From contig CAWHWM010000003.1 of NCBI GenBank assembly GCA_963833055.1, forward strand, positions 71,402 to 135,401: a DNA stretch of 64,000 bases. The letters run 5' to 3'. Below the pieces are notes generated by a model that saw only the letters and a list, made by a program, of their open reading frames with translations, ran no database searches and had not been told where the DNA came from. Numbering within the stretch: the first letter of the stretch is position 1; each line of letters opens with the position of its first letter. The position numbers and the translations under genes were made by a program. This stretch comes from Candidatus Dormiibacterota bacterium (GTDB taxonomy: Bacteria > Chloroflexota > Dormibacteria > Aeolococcales > Aeolococcaceae). Of this stretch, positions 19,431-32,872 are shown in pieces.

Positions 19431-20132
19431 CTAGACCGCGCAGCTGTCGTCGGTGCAGGTCGCGTCAGCGTCGCCGGCCGTGACCATCTGGAGCGGATGG
19501 GACGCCGTCCACGCCTCCTGCATCGCGCCGCGCAATGTCTCGGCCGGTTGAGCGCCGGAGACGCCGTACGCGCGATCGAGCACGAAGAACGGGACACCGT
19601 TGATGCCCAACTGGCGGGCCTCGAGCTCATCGTGGCGAACGTCCTCGGCGTAGGCATCGCCTTCGAGCACGGCGCGGGCGCCGGCCTCCTCGAGACCGAC
19701 TTCCACAGCGAGGCGGAGCAGCACGTCGCGGTCGCCGATGGCCGCACCCTCGACGAAGTAGGCGGCCATCAGCCGTTCCTTCATCGCGCCCTGCTTGCCC
19801 GCGGCGTTCGCGTAGTGGATGAGACGGTGCGCGTCGAACGTGTTGCCCGTCTGCGCCTTGTCGAGGTGGAAGTCGAGCCCCTCACCTGCGGCGTTCTGGG
19901 TGACCCGCGCCTGTGCGGCCTCAGCCTGGGCGCGGCTCATGCCGTACTTCGCGGCCAGCCGCTCCACCGGGTCGCCTTCCGACGTCGCGGGCGCACTCGG
20001 ATCGAGCTGGAAGCTCCGCCAGATGACGTTGACGTCATCGCGATGATCGAAGCCGGCGAGCGCCTCCTCGAAGCGACGCTTACCGATATAGCACCAGGGA
20101 CAGACGACGTCGGACCAGATCTCAACATCCAT
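19431..20132 (-). CDS. DsbA family oxidoreductase (FrnE/2-hydroxychromene-2-carboxylate isomerase-like)
   Basis: MDVEIWSDVVCPWCYIGKRRFE contains the CPWC active site. Only the last 233 codons of the 504-aa ORF look coding. The upstream part of that ORF is antisense to lon. Confidence 0.8.
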   Translation of the reverse strand: MDVEIWSDVVCPWCYIGKRRFEEALAGFDHRDDVNVIWRSFQLDPSAPATSEGDPVERLAAKYGMSRAQAEAAQARVTQNAAGEGLDFHLDKAQTGNTFDAHRLIHYANAAGKQGAMKERLMAAYFVEGAAIGDRDVLLRLAVEVGLEEAGARAVLEGDAYAEDVRHDELEARQLGINGVPFFVLDRAYGVSGAQPAETLRGAMQEAWTASHPLQMVTAGDADATCTDDSCAV

Positions 20133-20268
20133 GTCTCGTTTGTACCCCATCACGCGCCGATTACGCCTCCCCGAAGGGAGCGGTTCAGAAATCCAGACCC
20201 CGGGTATAGGGATTCGCAGAACCAACGAGCCGCCCGCCACTTCCGGCGCCGGCACATCGAGATTGAAC

Positions 20269-22599
<2,331 letters not shown>

Positions 22600-22601
22600 G
22601 G

Positions 22602-25088
22602 CTAGGGCCGGGACTCGGCCGAAACGATGTCGACGCCCGCAGGCGTCCGCCCCTCTCGGGCGGGCGCCTGCCGCTGCGCCAGCCATCGCTGAAAGTCCGC
22701 AAACGGCTGGGGTCGGGCGTAGAGGTACCCCTGGGCACCATCGATGCCAAGGCTCGCGACGGCGGCCTCGTCGGCTTCTGTTTCCACTCCCTCCGCGATG
22801 GTGACCAGCGAGAGAGCTCGCGCCATGGCGGCGATTGCCGCGACGACCTGCCCCGCACGTGTGTCGGTGCTCATCGCGATGACAAACGAGCGGTCGATCT
22901 TCAACACATCGACCGAGAGCCGCTGGAGGTAGCTCAGAGACGAGTACCCCGTGCCGAAGTCATCGAGGTAGATGCGGATGCCCGCATGCCTGAGCGCGGC
23001 AATGTTCGCCTGCACGGACTCGGCATCGGCAATCGCGAGTGATTCGGTCAGCTCGACGGACAGCCGCGCCGGCTGCACCCCATGCCGGGAAAGCGCCGCA
23101 AGCACGCGATCCGCGTAGGTCGGATCGAGGATTTCCCGCGCTGCGGCATTGATCGATATCGACATTCGGACGTCTGGACCGAGGGCTTGGAGGTGCGAAC
23201 ACGCCTCCTCGAGCATCGCTGCGCCGATGTCGATGATGAGGTCGGACTGCTCTGCCCACGGGATGAAGTGCACCGGCATGAGGATGCCCCTGCTCGGGTG
23301 CCGCCAGCGAACGAGAACCTCTGCTGCGACAACCTGTCCCGTTTTCAGATCGACGATCGGTTGCAGGTATCCCGCCAGCTCGTGTCGAGGCACGCCCGCC
23401 CGGAGCTCCTGCTCGAGCACCAGCCTCTCCTCTATCACACCGCGGTTCTCGACATCGAAAACCTCCATCCGGTTGCGACCGTTGCGCTTGGCCGCGTCAA
23501 GCGCCGTGTCGGCGTCCGCCATCAGCTGTGTCGACGTCGCCGCGACGTGCGTCCGCTCGGCGATGCCGACACTCACCGAGAGCCGCAGGTTGTGATCGTC
23601 GACGATGAAGGGCTCTTGCGCGGCTTCAAGCAGGCGTTCAGCGAGCCGCAGTGTTTTCAAATCGGTGGCCGGTCTGTCGACGAGGATGGCGAACTCGTCT
23701 CCGCCGACCCGCGCCAAGGTACATCCGGGGTCGACCACCGCGGTGAGCCGATCCGCGAGGCAGCGCAGGACGCGATCACCCACCTCGTGACCGAGGCCGT
23801 CGTTGACGAGCTTGAAGTGGTCGACACCGACCAGCAGCAGCGTCACCGGCGCATCGATCCGCGAAAACGATCGGGCGATGCGATCCCCGAGCAGTGCGCG
23901 GTTCGCAAGCCCGGTCAGGGGGTCGTGGAGCGCCTGGCGACTGAGCCTCGACTTCGCGATCTCGCGCTGGGCAACCAGGGCCGCGAGGTGAGCGGCTCGG
24001 GGGACGTGGAGGTCGTCGAACTCGTTCAGAGACGGGCGGGGACATGCGGCCGTCCTCAAAACGCCGACGGTCGTCCCCTCGACAACGATCGGTGTCTCGG
24101 TCGAGAGGTCACCACTCCGCCCCGCGCCGATGGTGACTTGGAAGTCCGGGTCGTGGAAGCTGAATCCAGCGCTGACTCCAGGCATCGCCCCGGCAGCCAG
24201 CGAAGCGATAGCGGTCAGCAGTTCGATGACCGGTGCGTCCGCAGCGATGCGTCCGCTGATCTCCGCCTCGAGGGCTAACAGGGCGGCGCTTTCCACACGT
24301 TCAGTGACGTCTCGAGCGTTGACCACCATGCCGCCAATGCTCGGATGATCAAGACGGTTGTTCGCGATTGCCTCGAGCCAGCGCCAGGCGCCGGACGCAG
24401 TTCGAACGCGCACCGTTACTGGCACCGCAACCCCGTCGTGCGCCGCGGCGTCTGCGAAGGAACTTGCGGCCTGCTCCATGTCGTCGGGGTGGACATACTC
24501 GAAGATGCTGTCGCCGACGACGCTCTCCACCGTGAAGCCAAGGATTCGTGCCAGAGCCTCATTGGCGTGCACGACCCTTCCCTCGAGGTCGATGATCGCG
24601 AGGACGTCAGTGGAGTGGCTGACGAGATTCTCCCAACGGCTGGCAAGCAATGCTGCCGCTTCCTCCGCGCGCACACGAGCATCGATGGTCTCGCGTTCTT
24701 CGATAGCCTTGATGACCGCGGCACCGAGCCGTCCAAGGCGATCCTTCAGCAGGTAGTCGGTGGCCCCCGCGGCCGTGACCGCAGAGGCGGTCGCATCATC
24801 GACGGCTCCGGAGACGAGGATGAACGGAATTTCCGGCGCGAGCTCGCGGCGCACTTCGAGGGCCAGGAGACCATCAAACGCGGGCAGCCGCAGGTCACTG
24901 ATCACCACCCCGGCCCCGGCGGCGAGTGCCGAACGGAATGCCGCCTCCGTCTGGACGCGTGTCACCTCCGGACGAAGGCCGGCCCGGCGCAGAGCCGCAA
25001 TCACGAGCTCAGCGTCGTCGGGCGAATCCTCCACGAGAATCACTCGCACCAGGCGTTCGCTCGCTGCCAAGGTCACGACCCCGCTCAT
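22602..25088 (-). CDS. response-regulator receiver / PAS / GGDEF / EAL multidomain c-di-GMP turnover protein
   Basis: REC (VILVEDSPDD..VISDLRLP), a PAS segment, GGDEF (ARVGGDEFAIL) and an EAL domain (EVLVRW.., DDFGTGYSSLSYL, LKIDRSFV, IAEGVETE). The ATG overlaps the upstream RR stop (ATGA at 25085-25088). Confidence 0.9.
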   Translation of the reverse strand: MSGVVTLAASERLVRVILVEDSPDDAELVIAALRRAGLRPEVTRVQTEAAFRSALAAGAGVVISDLRLPAFDGLLALEVRRELAPEIPFILVSGAVDDATASAVTAAGATDYLLKDRLGRLGAAVIKAIEERETIDARVRAEEAAALLASRWENLVSHSTDVLAIIDLEGRVVHANEALARILGFTVESVVGDSIFEYVHPDDMEQAASSFADAAAHDGVAVPVTVRVRTASGAWRWLEAIANNRLDHPSIGGMVVNARDVTERVESAALLALEAEISGRIAADAPVIELLTAIASLAAGAMPGVSAGFSFHDPDFQVTIGAGRSGDLSTETPIVVEGTTVGVLRTAACPRPSLNEFDDLHVPRAAHLAALVAQREIAKSRLSRQALHDPLTGLANRALLGDRIARSFSRIDAPVTLLLVGVDHFKLVNDGLGHEVGDRVLRCLADRLTAVVDPGCTLARVGGDEFAILVDRPATDLKTLRLAERLLEAAQEPFIVDDHNLRLSVSVGIAERTHVAATSTQLMADADTALDAAKRNGRNRMEVFDVENRGVIEERLVLEQELRAGVPRHELAGYLQPIVDLKTGQVVAAEVLVRWRHPSRGILMPVHFIPWAEQSDLIIDIGAAMLEEACSHLQALGPDVRMSISINAAAREILDPTYADRVLAALSRHGVQPARLSVELTESLAIADAESVQANIAALRHAGIRIYLDDFGTGYSSLSYLQRLSVDVLKIDRSFVIAMSTDTRAGQVVAAIAAMARALSLVTIAEGVETEADEAAVASLGIDGAQGYLYARPQPFADFQRWLAQRQAPAREGRTPAGVDIVSAESRP

Positions 25089-25546
25089 TGACCATCGCCT
25101 CGAGGTGCTTCATTGAGCAGCAACCAGTACATGCCCAAGGAGCGAATTGCTTCGGTGAATTGCTCGAAGTCGACCGGCTTGACGATGTAGCTGTTTGCCC
25201 CGAGCGCGTAACAGTCGTGGAGGTCCTTTTCCTCATTCGACGAAGTCAGGATCACCACAGGGACTTTGCGGAAGCTGGGCTCGGATCTGATCCTCCGCAG
25301 GACGTCCACGCCCGAGACCAACGGGAGCTTCAGATCGAGCAGGATCACGCGCGGCTGCTGGTCTGTATCACGATCTGCGTAGGCGCCTTCACCGAAGAGG
25401 AAGTCGAGAGCGTCCGCCCCAGTCGTGGCGATCTCGATACGGTTTGCGATCCCGTTCGCGCGTAGCGTTCGAACCGTGAGCTCACGATCGTCGGGATTGT
25501 CCTCGACAAGAAGAATCTCGACCTCGCTGTTGATGCGTTCAGGCAT
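25085..25546 (-). CDS. stand-alone response regulator (receiver domain only)
   Basis: VEILLVEDNPDD...ILLDLKLP...ILTSS...GANSYIVKP. The start ATG 25546 overlaps the kinase stop by 8 nt (ATGCCTGA). Confidence 0.85.
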   Translation of the reverse strand: MPERINSEVEILLVEDNPDDRELTVRTLRANGIANRIEIATTGADALDFLFGEGAYADRDTDQQPRVILLDLKLPLVSGVDVLRRIRSEPSFRKVPVVILTSSNEEKDLHDCYALGANSYIVKPVDFEQFTEAIRSLGMYWLLLNEAPRGDGQ

Positions 25547-27477
25547 TGGGCCGCACCGGCAATGTGAATGTGAACGTCGCGCCTTCTCCTGGCCGGCTTT
25601 CGGCTGAGACAGTGCCGCCATGTCGCTCCACGGCGCGCTTGACGATTGCCAGGCCGACCCCAGTGCCTTCAAAACGATCGGCCGCGTGCAGTCGCTGAAA
25701 CACCTCAAAGAGCTTGTCGGCATATCGCGGATCGAAGCCGACGCCGTTGTCGGCCACGTGATAGGTGACGACACCCGATCCGTTGGACCCCGTGATGGTG
25801 ATGCGTGCCGTCTCTCGTTCGCCGGTGAACTTCACCGCGTTGGCGATCAGGTTCTGAAAGATGAGCCCGACGAGCTCTGGATCACCACTGCAGTCGGGCA
25901 GGTCATCCCAGACAAGTCGCACGTCGCGCGCAGCGAGCTCTGCTGCCAGGTCCTGGAAGATGGTTTCCACCAGCAGTCGCGGTGACACGTCCGTAACCCG
26001 TAGCGCCTGGCGACCCAACCGGGAGTATCGGAGCAGATCGTCGATCAGCAACCCCATTCGCTCGGCGTTGCTGATGATCCTGTCCAGATAGTGGTGCTGC
26101 TCGTCGGAAAGCGTTGTCGCGACCTCGGCGATCAGCAGGTTCGCGAACCCTGTCATCGCGCGCAGCGGCGCGCGCAGGTCATGGCTGACGGAATACGTGA
26201 ACGCTTCCAGTTCCGCGGTGCGCTCGGCGATGCGATGTTCGAGCAGGATGTTGAGCTCCCGCTGGTCGGCTTCGGCTCGTTTGCGGTCCGTCAGATCGAG
26301 GACGAAGCACGCACACCGGCGGCTCGCTGCGTCAACCATCGAACCGCCGATGAGCACGGGAATGCGGTGTCCATCCTTGTGGACGTATTCCTTCTCAATT
26401 CTCGTCGCCGCTCCGGTGGCGACAACCTCTGCGATGGCACCCGCCGTTGCACGCGTCCCACTCAGACGGACGCGTTGTCGCCGGACCGACCAGTCCCGCG
26501 CGGACTTCGTCCTGCGTCCATCCCACCATGGCGCAGAAGGCGTCGTTGGCGCTCAGCACGTGACCGTCGAGGTCAACGGTGATCACGCCGATGACGTTCG
26601 CGTCCACCAGACCGCGCAAGGTGTCCTCGTTGACGCGCAGTTGTTCCGCCGCTTCGCGGCTCCGGGTGACGTCTTTTCCGACGTAGTAGATGACGGATTC
26701 CTCAACATCGTGGCTGGCGCTCCAGAGCAACCAGTGATAGCTGCCGTCCCTTGCGCGGCACCGGTTCTCGAAGGTCACGGTGACGACGCCGTTGGTCAGC
26801 TCAGCAACCGCGGCCTGGGTCGGGACACGGTCGTCGTCATGCACGAGGTCCATCAGTGGCAGGGTCGTCAGCTCGTCACGCGCCCAGCCGAGCGTCCGTT
26901 GCCACGCTGGATTCACGTCGATGAGATATCCACCCAGGGTGCCGGTGGCGATCATGTCCATCGAGAGCTCGAAGAACCGATTCGCACGATGCTCCTGCCG
27001 TTCCTGCTCCGTCTGGTCCACGAAGTAGCAGATCGACCGGAACGGATCAGCGCTCGGCCCACCGACGATGCCAATGACGATGAGCATGCGAACTCGCCGG
27101 CCATCGCCCCGAAGCACATGTGCCACGACGCGCGCGTGTGGGATTGCGCCGGCTGCGGCCGCTGCCAACGCCTTTGCGGCGTCCGGTTCCGCGTCCCGAT
27201 CGATCAAGTCAAAGATCGTCACCGCGGAGAGGTCGCTGCGCACGAGGATGTCGTGCAAACGGTGGTTCCCGTTGTTCAGCCGTGCCTCTGGACCCTCGAT
27301 GAGGGCCACTCCAAGCGGAAGATCCCCGAAGAAATCCCGGAATCTGGCCGCGCGGTCGAAGTCAACCTCTGATTCGGCATCGAGGCGTTCGGATTCGATT
27401 GCCCCGACGGGAGTGGAAACCGCCCCTTCCTCGACCTGCATGGTTGTCGCCTCTACGGCAGTCGGCCGTGCCTCCAC
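25539..27477 (-). pseudogene. multi-PAS sensor histidine kinase, one apparent frameshift near 26450
   Basis: ORF 26395-27477 encodes PAS modules. ORF 25539-26357 encodes the H-box FTYSVSHDLRAPL plus HATPase motifs (NAVKF, DNGVGFD, GTGVGLAIV). My translation upstream of 26357 reads ..ATAGAIAEVVATGAATRIEKEYVHKDGHRIPVLIGGS, which is the end of a PAS domain that begins in the other frame (..GWTQDEVRAGLV..PSEWDA). Confidence 0.8.
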
Positions 27478-27636
27478 AGCCGAGGACTCTCAGCCGGAGG
27501 ATCGTGCTCACGGTACCCCCACACTACCCGCCACGAACGACACGGACTGTCCTACAAACCTGTGACGCGGGACGCCATGCCATGTGCTGGATATCGAAAG
27601 GACCTCGGCGAAACGCCGAGATCAGCACCGCGGAGG

Positions 27637-27673
27637 CGAAGAAAAGGGCCACCCCGCCGCTGCGAGGTGGCCC
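27637..27673 (-). terminator. rho-independent terminator-like hairpin
   Basis: GGGCCACC-N12-GGTGGCCC (27646-27673) is followed on the minus strand by UUUUCUU. It lies 25 nt beyond the restored stop (27698-27700) of the G1 peptidase gene. Confidence 0.6.
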
Positions 27674-27697
27674 TTCGGAGTCGTGGGTCAGACGGTG

Positions 27698-28551
27698 TTA
27701 GCCCTTCGGTCCGAGCGTGATCGGAGTCGGGTGACCCGACCGGTCAAAGTACGCCGTGAAGCTGCCATCAGATGCAACCGGCGCCGACCGTGTCGAGCGT
27801 GATGAACCCTCCGCTCTTCAGCGGTGCGACCATGAAGATCGGGTAGTTGTTCGTGAAGCTCGAGATGCCCTTGTTCTTTCCGCCGACTGCGGCCCAGTTG
27901 TCACTCATCGTGGTGGTGCCGAAGTTCGCGAGGGCAAACAGGAAGCAATGGGTGTACGACGCATTGCAGCCCGCGGGGCGCTCGATGATCCACTCGGCAG
28001 ACGCACGCTGCGCACGACGAGCACGCCGCGCTGTCCGTGGCGGACTTGCCACTGGTGAGGTCCGCGATGGTCAGGACGAACTTGCCGCCGGTGAAGATCA
28101 CCTTGGCAGAGATCGTGTCGCCAGGCTTCACCTTGAAGACACCAACCGATCCTGCCGGGTACATCTCATACCAGGCCTCGTACTTCGGTGTGGTCCAGTT
28201 CGGTCCACCGCAGTACGCGAAGGTGCCGTCCTGCTCGACGGTCTCGTCGTTGAAGCCGTCGAGGCCCACCCAGTTCGACGTGTATTGCTTCTTGACTCCG
28301 GGGCATGTCACCGCCGGCTGCACGAACTCGGCGCTGACGTAGTTGAACTTCTTGGTCGAGGTGACGGCGTATCCCGACCAGTTTTCGCTGATGGTGGGAA
28401 CACCAGCGTTGCTGACGCCGTGCTGCACGGCGCGAATCATCGGGCCGCCAACGTTCGGCAGTGCCGAGCTGCCGGCGACCGCAGTGGCCGTGCCGGCGAC
28501 TGAGAGCAAGCTCCCACCGGCGACGGAGAGAAGTGCAAGCCAACGCTTCAT
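27698..28551 (-). pseudogene. peptidase G1 (eqolisin / Peptidase_A4-like) secreted protease, two apparent frameshifts (about 28020 and 27770)
   Basis: Signal peptide MKRWLALLSVAGGSLLSVAG, then SENWSGYAV, NWVGLDGF and EAWYEMYP in ORF 27901-28551. ..ASAEWIIERP..LANFGTTTMSD.. lies in ORF 27768-28052. A further shift restores ..ASDGSFTAYFDRSGHPTPITLGPKG before the stop at 27698. Confidence 0.7.
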
Positions 28552-28754
28552 GGCTACCCCCCTGGAATGGATTGGACGATGGGATGGTAGAAGATCGTCC
28601 CGCCTCGTCGCTAGTGGCCCGAAGCACGAGCTTTTTCACTGCTTGCGAGCGCCAAAAGTCTTCGTTTGTCAGCGCCAAAAGTCGCGGCCTTGAGATCGGA
28701 TGACCCCCCTTCGTAACCTGTTCGAAAGGCTCCGGAGATCATCCTGAGCAAGCC

Positions 28755-29424
28755 GTGGCATTGAATCCTTACGAGTCGCCGCGGGGGAGGATGCGGGGTC
28801 GCGCTGAAGCGACCCGACGCCAGTTCCTTCTGATCATGGGTGGGCTCGCCACTGCCGGTGCATCGTTGTTCGGTGGCATCGAAGTGCTTCGCTTCATGTT
28901 TCCGGTGGCGTCGAGCAATGCACCAGCACTGTTCAAGACGTCATTCAGCTTTCTGCAGCTCACCGGCGGCGTTGTCGGCGGCAAACCGGTGACGCCGGTG
29001 AACGTCATCACCGATACGGCAAACCGTGTCAGCGTCATCCTCGACGACGCCGGAATCTACGCGGTGCTGCTCATCTGCACGCATCTCGGATGCACGCCGA
29101 ACTATGTGTCCGACGTCGTCACGGGATCCGGCGTTGCGCCATCGGTCGCTGATGGCCGCGGTGTGCGAACCAAGGCCCAGCAGATCCCCAACGGCTGGGC
29201 GTGCCCCTGCCACGGAAGCCGTTACTTCATCGAACTCGACAAACTTCTACGGTCCTGCCCCGCGCCCGATGGACTGGGTCAACATCGAGGTCACGCCGGA
29301 TGGATTCTTTGCGGTTGACCGCGCGACCCTCGTCGCGACCCGCGGCCCCGGTGACGACACGGCGCCGCAGTGGCGGTTGCTGGTGAGCACCAAGAAGAGC
29401 AACAACAAGACCTACGGCGTCTAA
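28755..29424 (+). pseudogene. Tat-exported Rieske [2Fe-2S] protein, one apparent frameshift near 29230
   Basis: The twin-arginine motif is ATRRQFLLIMGG. Rieske box 1 is CTHLGC and box 2 is CPCHGSRYF. The conserved continuation ..NFYGPAPRPMDWVNIEVTPDGFFAV.. is in ORF 29026-29424, a different frame. Confidence 0.75.
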
Positions 29425-29555
29425 GGACCGGACGCTGCACCGTCGGCACGCATTGATGCGATGCCCGGAATGGTGAGTCACTCGAGGTCGCGCTAGTGGC
29501 TCTTGACAGCGGGTGTCGATAACACCGCTACTGTCGCCCCGATGGAGCAGGAACG

Positions 29556-32310
29556 GTGATACGGCTGCTGCTGAGCGAGGTCCGATTCGCGCGCGGCCGC
29601 GCCGTGGCGCTCGGAGCGGGGATGCTCGTTGCGGCAGTGGCGTTCTGCCTCCTCACCGCGTCTGTGGATGTCGGCCTTGCACGGATCAACGGTGTTGTCG
29701 GCAGCAACTGGCGCGGCTCGTACGACCTGCTCGTGCTTCCCGCCGGTTCGACGCAGACGGCCGGCGGCAGTCAGCATCTCGTGCAGCTCAACTACCTGTC
29801 TGGGGCGACCGGCGGGATCAGCATCAGTCAGGACGAGCGCATCGCGCATCTGGCCGGTGTTGGCGTGGCGGCCCCACTTGCGGTCGTCGGCTATGTATTG
29901 GAGACGGCGACCCTGCCCGTCGACATCACATCCGTTGCGGGCGCATCCGGATCCGCTGTCTTCACCGTGACGTCGAACTTCACAGCCGACCAGGGTCTCT
30001 CGCGGTACCCCACCCAGGACGACGGATACGTGTACGTCACCCCGGATCCGCTCACTCCCTTCCAACTCGGTGCCGGGCAGCTCGGCCCGAAAGAGCAGCT
30101 CCCTGACGGACGCAGCGTGACCGTCTGCCCGGCGGTGTATCCGAATACCTTCGTCACGTCACCCTTTCAGCGCGATGCCCAGGCGCCGCTTGGAGCGAGC
30201 TGCGTCTCGCGTGCCGGGCAGCCCTCGGGCCCCATCCAGGGCACCGTTGAATGGTCCTTCCCGGTACTCGTCGCCGGCATCGACCCGGCCGCCGAGAACG
30301 AGCTCAACGGCCTTGAGAAGGCGGTGACGTCCGGCCGCTACCTGACTGACGCGGAGCGCCCAACAGCTGCTGGAGGATCCTCAGTGGTGGTGCCCGTGCT
30401 CGGCAGCACCGTATCGTTTGACGGCGACGTCGACCACGTCACCGTCAGCCGGCTCCCCGGCTCGGCCGCGACCATCGCCCGATCCGGCAAGGGACCGGAC
30501 GTGATCCTGCGCGCGCTGGAGGCCGAACCGGCCACGCCGGTGCTGCGCGACACGATCACGAGCGGTCAGGCGTGGCAGTCACTGCTGACGCAACTCGGCG
30601 GGGCGGTCAACCCCGACGTGACGTCGTTCGCCCAGATCGTCAGCCAGTACTGGTCGGCGGGTTCCGTAACGTACCGGGAAAACACAGCCAACCAGCTCGA
30701 TCCGACCCCTGTGACGAACCCGGTGTCGGTGTGGACGTCCGGGATCAACGTCAACGGCTCCGGCTACGTCGCGGCGCCCCCGGCAGCTCAGGACACCGCC
30801 TTCCGCCTGCTGACCGAACACCTCGCGTATAGGGGCTCCGGGGGCACGAGCACGCTCATCCACGCGGTCGGGGAATTCGACCCGTACAAGCTCGCCGGTT
30901 TCTCCGGCGCCGGCCCAGGATCCTCGCTCGCCAGCTATCGCGCTCCGCTGCTGACCGGCGCGCGATGCCGCAAGCCGGGCGGCGCTCAACGATCAACCAC
31001 TCCAGCCCGACGGCAACATGGCGGGCTACGCGCAGCAGCCGCCGTTGCTCCTGACCAACCTGGCTGGAGTGGCGGCGCTCGAGGATCCCAATCGTTTCGG
31101 CGGCAACGCCGGTTCCGCTGCACCCATCGGGTCCATCCGCGTCCGCGTCGCGGATCTTCGTGGCTCCGTCCAGCAGCAGTTGCAGAAGATCGCGGCCGTG
31201 GGGCAGGAGATCCGCACAGCGACGGGTCTGCACGTGATCGTGACCGCGGGAGCTTCGCCTGAGCCGGTGACCATCGCCCTGCCAGCAACGTCGTTCGGAC
31301 GCCCGGACCTGCAGCTCTCCGAGCAGTGGACGGCCGTGATGGTGGCGCTCGTCGTCCTGCAGCAGGCGGATCGTGAGAGCCTCGCCCTCTTTGCCCTGAT
31401 CCTTGTGGTGTGCGGCCTCTTTCTCGGTGAGGCGGCCCTTGCCGGGGTGCGATCGCGGCGAAGAGAGATCGGGGTCTTACGTGCCCTCGGTTGGGGCAGG
31501 CGGCAAGTGTTCGTCCTGGTGCTCGGCGAGGTGACCGTCCTGGGATTTCTCGCGGGAGTCGCCGGCGCGGCGGTCTCAGTGGCGGTGATCGACGGGCTCA
31601 AGCTCTCCTTACCGCTGTGGCGTGCGGCACTGGTCCTCCCTGTGGCGCTGGCGCTGGCCGTCCTCTCGGGCCTGCTGCCGGCGTGGCTGGCGGCCAGAGC
31701 GGAGCCCATCGACGCGCTCGCCTCAGCAGCCCGGCCCCCGCGACGCGCCGGATTCCCGGTGCGATCCATCTCGACCCTCGCCATCACCGGCCTCGCGCGA
31801 GTGCCGGGTCGCTCCGCACTGGCTGCGACCGGTCTGGGCGTCGGAGTTGCCGCGCTCACCGTGCTGCTTGCCGCCCAGGCGTCGTTCGGTTCCTCCATCG
31901 GTGACAGCGCGCTCGCCGGGTTGGTCACCGCCACCACCCGCGGCACCGACATCGTCTCCGCGCTGCTCGCAGTGGGTCTGGGCGCCGCAACCGTCGCTGA
32001 TGTCACCTACCTGAATCTGCGCGAGCGAGCCGGCGAACTGGCGGCGCTCGCGGCGTCGGGGTGGGGGCGCCGGCAGATCTCGACCCTGCTTGCTATCGAA
32101 GGCGTCGTCACCGCCGCGGCCGGCTCGACCGTGGGCGCCGCGTTTGGGTTGCTCGCGGCCGGTGTGGCGTTCGGGCTCACGCTCCCAGTGATCGCCGCTG
32201 CGGTGGCCGCCGCTCTTGGCGGCACCATCGTCGCCCTGGCGGGGACGGCGGCCATCCTCGCCCTTTCGTCCGACCGGCCGCTGGCCGCGGTGCTTGCCGC
32301 CGACGAATAG
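29556..32310 (+). pseudogene. large FtsX/MacB-type ABC transporter permease (two FtsX domains), one apparent frameshift near 30960
   Basis: An N-terminal TM is followed by an extracytoplasmic region of about 450 aa (ORF 29556-). The two FtsX-type TM bundles (REIGVLRALGWGRRQVFVLVLGE.. and ERAGELAALAASGWGRRQISTLLAIEG..) are in ORF 31018-32310. The junction is ..APLLTGA|DAASRAALNDQPLQPDGNMAGY... There is no adjacent ATPase gene. Confidence 0.75.
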
Positions 32311-32436
32311 CGAGATCGAGAAGTCAGGGTTCGTGGACGGTTTGCCAGACTGGGATGGGAGGGTCGCGTCCAGGACCCCGGAGGCACGAGAACCCGCTCG
32401 TTCGCTCCATTCAGATACCAAGGAGACACCGACGAC

Positions 32437-32844
32437 ATGAACCACCATCTGCGGACCCTTGCTCTCGGCGCCGGGACGTGCTCTGTGATCGCGCTGGTCA
32501 GCTGCGGCGGCAATGGGCCACCGACCCCAACCCCCGGCGCGTGTCCCGGCTCGGCGGCTGTGACCGGACTCGGGACCGTCGCAGAAACCGTCGATGCCAC
32601 CGACAACCTGGTCTTCGTCCCAGCATCAACCACGACGAGCGTCGGTGACGTGGTCGAGTTCAAGAACACGGGAACCGTCACGCATACGGTGACCTTTCAG
32701 GACGCGAACGATTCCTGCCTCTCGGATGCCTCACTCGACCCCGGCGCCACCTGGGAGGTGAAGTTCAACACGGCAGGCACGTACAACTACCTCTGCACGA
32801 TCCATGCCCCGAACATGAAGGGTTCGATCACCGTCTCGGGGTAG
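32437..32844 (+). CDS. cupredoxin (plastocyanin/azurin-like blue copper) lipoprotein
   Basis: The lipobox is IALVSCGG. Type-1 Cu ligand contexts are TVTHTVTF (His) and YNYLCTIHAPNMKG (Cys-X2-His-X3-Met). Confidence 0.8.
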   Translation: MNHHLRTLALGAGTCSVIALVSCGGNGPPTPTPGACPGSAAVTGLGTVAETVDATDNLVFVPASTTTSVGDVVEFKNTGTVTHTVTFQDANDSCLSDASLDPGATWEVKFNTAGTYNYLCTIHAPNMKGSITVSG

Positions 32845-32872
32845 TGGAGCGTCGTGGTCCGGGCGGGCCGCA

